A DNA stretch of 41,637 bases from Dimargaris cristalligena (Eukaryota): NCBI GenBank assembly GCA_003614675.1, contig ML002325.1, positions 1 through 41,637 on the forward strand, given 5' to 3'. Each line of letters opens with the position of its first letter. Positions within the stretch are counted from its first letter, which is position 1. Made by a program: the position numbers and the translations under genes. Shown one piece after another: positions 35,702-41,637 of this stretch. The notes beneath the pieces were generated by a model. That model was not told the origin of the DNA. It worked only from the letters and a program-made list of their open reading frames with translations, and did not search any database.

Positions 35702-36505
35702 ATGACCATGTATCCGTTGATGAATCTCATTAATGTCGGCAGTAATGTATCGTTCCATCTAACTGTATTTATATATTGAACCCATATGGGATATCCCTTT
35801 CTTTGATAGAGAGGTCCCTCCCAGCCGGGATTTGGTGTCGCGTGGAAATGGCCTTGGCATATGGGGGGATAATAGTCTCCCCTCCCCACACTAACCGTTT
35901 CTAATGGCGCCTGGTATATCCCCGTGTTCGATTAGTTGGACAGGTTGGACTTTGCCCACCAAGCTCTGACCCGGCTAGGCATAATTATGCCTATCCACAC
36001 GGAATTCCATTGGGCAATTATTTATTGGGTTTAACCCTCTTCGGCTGCAGCCAATAATCTGACCTCCCTAACCCCGAGTACTAACTAAACTATTATCCCT
36101 TATCTCTGATTGCACTATTGCCCTCGTTTTTCACTGTTGCTCTTTCGCTGGTGCGCTTCCCCTCCCCCTGGTCGACCCCTCACTACCCAATCACTGTTCC
36201 ACCCGACTATGGTTACACTACTACCCGGTGTTTTTCGTGAATTGAATCCATCGCCGATCATTGCCTGTAATGCTTTCGTCACCACCCTTATTTCCTTCGC
36301 ACCTATTTGCTTTACACCGTGTTCCGCAATCTTAGGCCGTCTCATCTTTACCGTAAGGGACGCCGATTCGGGGGGCAGTGAACAGAAGGAGGGCACCGTC
36401 GTTTACATTGTACACGACGGCGACAACACCAAAATGAATGCCGAGACGGAAGACGGCACCATCCACTACCTTCGGCCCGGCGACATCCGACAGCTGCTGC
36501 CATGA
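35702..36505 (+). CDS. Putative 61-aa microprotein (coding exons 35702-35709, 35936-35943, 36336-36505), possibly a small SH3-like beta-barrel
   Basis: ATGACCAT|gtatcc...actaac...ttag|TTGGACAG|gttgga...tactaac...cttag|GCCGT joins in frame to MTIWTGRLIFTVRDADSGGSEQKEGTVVYIVHDGDNTKMNAETEDGTIHYLRPGDIRQLLP*. The last exon has coding-like C/G-ending codons. The micro-exon boundaries are less certain than the last exon. Confidence 0.6.
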
Positions 36506-39058
36506 GCTAACGTTGGTCCCCTCCTCGTCTGAGTGTTCGGCCTCCATATATCGAATAGAGGTGGTCATTTCCCTCTCTCTCAGTCGAGCATCATCTGGCC
36601 AAGGTCGAATAACCGGGATTCTGGGAAATTATCTCGTCATTATACGTTCCAGGCCCAATCGAACGGCGACACCCGCCCTCCTCCCACTGGTTATTTGCCT
36701 CGAAGGATACGCCGCTCCCATCTCGCTCCCACTTCCCTCTGTATTTCAAATATGACCCCGACGCCTTTCGCTGGGCAATCAACCTCTTCTTCCCCTTCCA
36801 TTTTTAGTCTCCTTTACCGTGCTTTGTCAACTGTAGGGTGTTCACGTCATGGCTCTCTCCGACGTTTTTGTGTCTGCGTCCTCTCTCTCTATGATTCCAC
36901 ATGCAATTCCCATCACTGTCTACATATCTCATCCCGTATTTATTTCACGTTCACTCTTATGTTTCGAAAAGTGTAGTATTGCTCCCCCACCCACCCTTTT
37001 CTTTCTCAATGCCTTAGTCACTCCAGTCAACTAGTAGCGGGAGGGGGGACTTCTGGGCTGGCCCCAGTTAGACTCTACTATCTCTTAGGTTTCCATTTCG
37101 CTCGCTGAGTCGACTCGAATCCACTCATTTTACTCCCCAATCCGGGTTATACCTGTCATTATTAACCTTCCAAGGCTGAATCCATTTGGCCTAGTAATGT
37201 CTCTATTATTTTTTACACGGCCGCCGACTAATGGGCTTCGTGATTATTGCCGATATTTCAACTTTTACTCCACTTCCACTGCTTACCCACAGTGGATGCA
37301 GACTTCTTTAGGTCCAACTGAGCCATGTTTATTCTCCCCTTCCCCGCCCTTGCTTCTCGATATTGCATTTCTTGCGCAAACCTACCTTTCCGATTGACGC
37401 CTACCATATATACGGGTCCGCTTTCCCGCCAACCAGGGTTTCCGTGATCCACCGGGCTTATTGCTTAGCTCCCACCATTATTTTCCTGTGCCATATTGCT
37501 AATAAAATTGCTTAAACCGAGTCTGGTTGGTTGGGGTACTCTTTGCCATTTTCTTGGAACTCTGTGGAGCAGAGGTTGGTTCTGTTCAACATGCCAATAG
37601 GCTCCATGGTAGCATTTTCATTTTGGCTAAGTGGATTGGCTTGTTCCATATAGAAGACTGCTTACCTAGCTTCTCATCAGTAGGAATATTCTATTACATA
37701 TTATTGTTTTTCCGTCTTGCCCAATAGACTCGGATTGGTCAGATCAGGGCGGGAGGATGGCCTGGCCAAGCTTAAGCATTTTCCTCCGGGTCGCTATTAT
37801 CTGGCTGAGTTTGAACCATCGGCATTTACTGGAATGGTTAATGTATTTCACTGTGACTAGAATTGATTGCTATATGTTATAATATTATATAGCAGAGGGC
37901 ACCATCGCCAGACCAATCCAGACCCCAGCCTTCCCGCGAAAGGGCTAGTTACGGCTGAACCTATGTACTGATGTAGTTTACCTTAACTTCATCAGTTCCA
38001 CAGTACACGCGGCACCACGTCCAATAGGGTCGACAATATCCCCTCCGCCGATGTCCCTTTCACTCCACTCTAATCGACTCCTTGATTCCCTTTATCCCTA
38101 TCTTGCGTTGAAAAGCGAGTTACCGGTTCGGCAGTGAATAAAAGGTAAGAAGCCGAGTGACTGGGGGTGTAGATTTCGGCCCAACCAAGATCGCCTCTTT
38201 GTGAACTTATTATCCGTTCCTGTACTGGCCTCGGCTTTCAACTCGTGGGTAGAGAGTGACCATCCAAAGTGGAACTACTAACCCTGGTCGGTAACTCGGT
38301 TGGGTGATCCTTGGCGGAAGCCAGGGGTGTAGTGAGCGTAAAGGACTGTGCGGATTACATTCAACGAACACTACGTTGGCAGTGGAGGAGGGGAAGAACC
38401 GCTGATTAGTCTGGCGATTATTGAACGATCCAATGACCATGTGGGGTCATCCTATGTTAGGATGGTCACAACCTGCTGAATATAATGGTGTGGTGCACAG
38501 CAAAGCCATGAATATCATCGAACCAAGGCAAGCGATGGGGGGAGGTGATCCCCTTACAATGACTTCATTTCAATCCCATGCTAATGAGAGGGTGGGCAGT
38601 CTATCGCCTTAATAGTTTAAATGAATGGGTCGGGTCGTAGATGGCTAATACAGCCGGCGACTAGATGCGGTTTATTTAGCATTCAGCTTTTACAAATCTC
38701 ACTTTAACCGTAGTGTTGGGCAAAAAAATAGCCGGCACCAATGCATTCAATATTGTATGGTCAATACAATAACATATATTCCCTTATACGGTCGCATTTA
38801 TGACTAGAAATGCTTTTAATTAGGACTTTTCCCGACTGAAACAGTGTCCGACATAAGAAGTTTTAACTAACAAACCAACGTATTGTGATGATTCGCTTTT
38901 TTCCCGAATTTTGCTAACGTCACCCTCATTTCCGCCATCACCCCTATTCACTATATATTTTTTCCCTTGAGAGAGGGTAATTTTTAAGCCTAAAATGACA
39001 CGGTAATCCTTGACAAGATGGTAGGTTGTATTGGTATGTACTTACGTCTGCTATATAT

Positions 39059-39113
39059 ATATGGGAGAAGTTCATTCAGGCTGTATAATGAAAAATCCAT
39101 TGGATGAGGCCAA
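39059..39113 (+). repeat. Diverged direct repeat, copy A
   Basis: 48/55 identical, ungapped, to 41583-41637. Confidence 0.85.
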
Positions 39114-40029
39114 GATTACTGGTTAAAAGCTATTCTCACATATATTCGCCCATACACGTATATTGTAAAACCTTATACAGCTGGTTTGAATTTTACCCAT
39201 ATCGTAACGAACCGGTGAGCATGTGCCAAAACCGCTGTACAACTTTAAACGCCATTGTCGTGGTTCAGATGCCAAGGGTTAATGCGAGTAGCTTAGTGGT
39301 CTTTATTGCTGTTTACCAAACTTACTGTGGAACGTATACTCATTGGTTGGAGTTGGACGAAGTTATCCAAAGCGGGCTGGCATGAATATCGTAATACGAT
39401 ATCTATAGTGTAAGATGTCAAAATAAAATCTCATTTTTCGGGTGTACCTTCGAGTTGTATGGAAGAATGGTTGGGAATGGGTAGAATAATGATGGAGTGG
39501 AGGGGGATGGTAGTCATACTTGGCTATAGGATAGTATGCTGCCATAAAGTTGCAGGCCAAGAGGCCAGGACGTGGTGTATTCGGCAGCCAGCTTCTTCTT
39601 TGGTACTCTTGTAACGGTAAGTTATGTTTAAAGCAGGGCTACTAATGGCAAATTCATGGATTAGAGTGAAGACCATTGAGTCTGCTAGGAATATTCCCTG
39701 ATACCGATTATAGTACCGATGTTGATGGTTATATTGTTTATTATATCACTTCGTCCATTTTGTCGCTATAGCGCTAATTACCAACCCACCTGGAGTTATA
39801 TAGTCACATAATAATTTATTAATGGTATATTCCAATTATAAATACGTACAGTTTCTGAGGTTATCGGGACCCAGCAATTAATTTGAGCTCAGCTAGGGAT
39901 GAAGAGTGTGGTACTGCCGTTTTGCATGCCTTAACGACCGGTTCCACCAAATTCGGGCATAGATACACCGGTGGCGAATACCGATATTAAATTTGAGGTA
40001 AGTTTACAATGGCACCGGCCAAACCGCCC

Positions 40030-40251
40030 TTAATAGTTACAAGTAATGTAGTCACCATTCTGGTAGCAACGAGTGCCGGGACCGCACTGGAAGTTCACCG
40101 CGGTACCGAAGTTGCAGACATAAAAGCCCTTGTCGTAAGTTCCACCGCAACGCATAGTACCGGTGGCGCAAGGAGGGACGGCGTGGGACTGAGTGGCCGA
40201 TACCGAAGCGACGAAGGCGGCGGCAGAAAGAATGGCGGCGATGAGCTTCAT
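40030..40251 (-). CDS. Small secreted cysteine-rich protein, 73 aa, CBM19-like putative chitin-binding module
   Basis: Signal peptide MKLIAAILSAAAFVASVSA and a C-x2-G-x3-C...F-x2-C-x2-G-x6-C-x2-GT-x-C...C pattern (6 Cys). TATAAAA lies on the minus strand at 40417-40423. Confidence 0.85.
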   Translation of the reverse strand: MKLIAAILSAAAFVASVSATQSHAVPPCATGTMRCGGTYDKGFYVCNFGTAVNFQCGPGTRCYQNGDYITCNY

Positions 40252-41582
40252 GGCGTTGGCGGGAAAGGGTTGTGAAACGCGGGGAGGAAGGTTCCGGGTG
40301 TTGGAGCAGGGGGTGGCTTAACGAGTCGAGTGAAGCAGCGCTGGAAGAGATGTCGAATGTCGGACGAGATACAGAAGATGTTGGTGATGGAGAGACTGAA
40401 GAGGCGAGCTCTGCATTTTTATACGCAACCTATGTTGTGCAAATAGTATGCAGACCAACATCGGTTTCGGCTCGGTTCTATTCATTTTACGAGTCACGGG
40501 CGGTGTAAATTCCACTTTTCCACATTATTGAAAGCGGAGCGGTAAATAGGCCAGACTAGGATACGCAGTATGGCTTACTCAAGCCTGCCATGATATTTTT
40601 ATCACAAGTGCTCAGTCAGTCCAACTAAGAGAGTCGCTTATGCTTGGTGCGGCATCAAAATATTGCCATCCCATTAATTTATCCCGCCATACATATTTAG
40701 TGCTGGTTTCCATTTATGGCGGGCTTGGCTTATGATCAGCGGCTCTAGCATGGTCTTCTATACATCCTTGGGAATGATGCAGACGAGGGAATTGTGCCAT
40801 GCCATTGTTTACTGAATTTCACTATATGTTTAGTATTGTTAGCCGGAAAACCCCGTTTCACTTCAGCGCACTTGTTAGCCCCACCTTAGTTCCCAAGATG
40901 GCGATATTCATTTCAGTCAAATGCCAGGCGGAAAAAGGGGCTACGGTCATGTACCAACCTAAAAATATTCTCGTCAGTCAATCATCATTGCGTATTCTTG
41001 AAAACACGAAGTTAGTATGGGCAGCCCAAATCCATGCCCTGAAGGACTGGTGATCTCGAGATGATTATTGAACACCCCCTTGCCATTGCAACTCACATAT
41101 TTCATGCCAGGCCAATTGTTCATTGCTGTTTCCTTCTCCACACCCCTCCGCCACTGATAATTATTTAAACTGCATGAACTATTTTTGGCATGTTACAGCT
41201 GGTCCCTCTTCATTAGCTGGATAAAAGGTGATATCGACCATCCTTCTTATATAACCGCTGTTCGACTGATACGTCGGTGATATGGGAATTAATGGACTTG
41301 GGGGTTAAAAATAGGTTGATGGTCCGTCATGTGGGCGATCTGTGAAAATATTGACTATGGCGAAGGCCTGGGTTACTGGCTAAAGAGTAGGGCGAGGCCC
41401 TGGACAGTGACGTCTGCACACCTCTTTTCCCAGGAATAATCTAAAATTAACTCAAACCCGTGGTGGTTTATGTTGGTCACTCGGTGTTTTCTCCCTAGTC
41501 TGCCGAAATGGATTGGCCACATTTAATCGAATTGTTAGGCTGAAGCGCAGTAAGTTGGAGAGCCATTGGTTCTTACCTCATA

Positions 41583-41637
41583 ATATGGGAGTAGTTCAGC
41601 AAGGCTGTATAACGAAAAATCCATTTGATGAGGCAAA
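41583..41637 (+). repeat. Diverged direct repeat, copy B (truncated by window end)
   Basis: 48/55 identical to 39059-39113, offset 2524 bp. Confidence 0.85.

Noticed and set aside
35710-35935. U12-type intron (GTATCCGTT donor)
   Set aside because: It mismatches the RTATCCTT consensus and has a U2-type ACTAAC rather than a TCCTTAAC branch.
1-41637. CRISPR arrays, operons or prokaryotic defence systems
   Set aside because: The sequence is eukaryotic with spliceosomal introns, and no regularly spaced repeats were seen.

Overview
Eukaryotic, intron-containing fungal DNA with GT-AG introns of about 100-600 nt and CTAAY branch points. It gives the impression of an early-diverging (zygomycete-grade) fungus; that assignment is unverified. 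Most ORFs in the supplied track are spurious or exon fragments. Reconstructed by hand: a 3'-truncated 4-exon hypothetical gene, IES6/INO80C (3 exons), three small two-TM membrane proteins in a cluster, two identical dispersed 5S rRNA genes in convergent orientation, OGG1 (5 exons), a PSR1/CTDSP-type HAD phosphatase with a long spliced leader, two divergently transcribed orphan secreted proteins, and tRNA-Val(TAC). A ~9.5 kb gene desert then ends at a TATA-driven candidate 61-aa microprotein gene built from two 8-nt micro-exons, with a distant branch point. The last gene encodes a 73-aa secreted 6-Cys CBM19-like protein, probably part of a tandem duplication that runs off the window. The most novel-looking items are the micro-exon microprotein with its 255-nt AG-exclusion zone, the 2-TM gene cluster, and candidate structured ncRNAs head-to-head with OGG1 and IES6.
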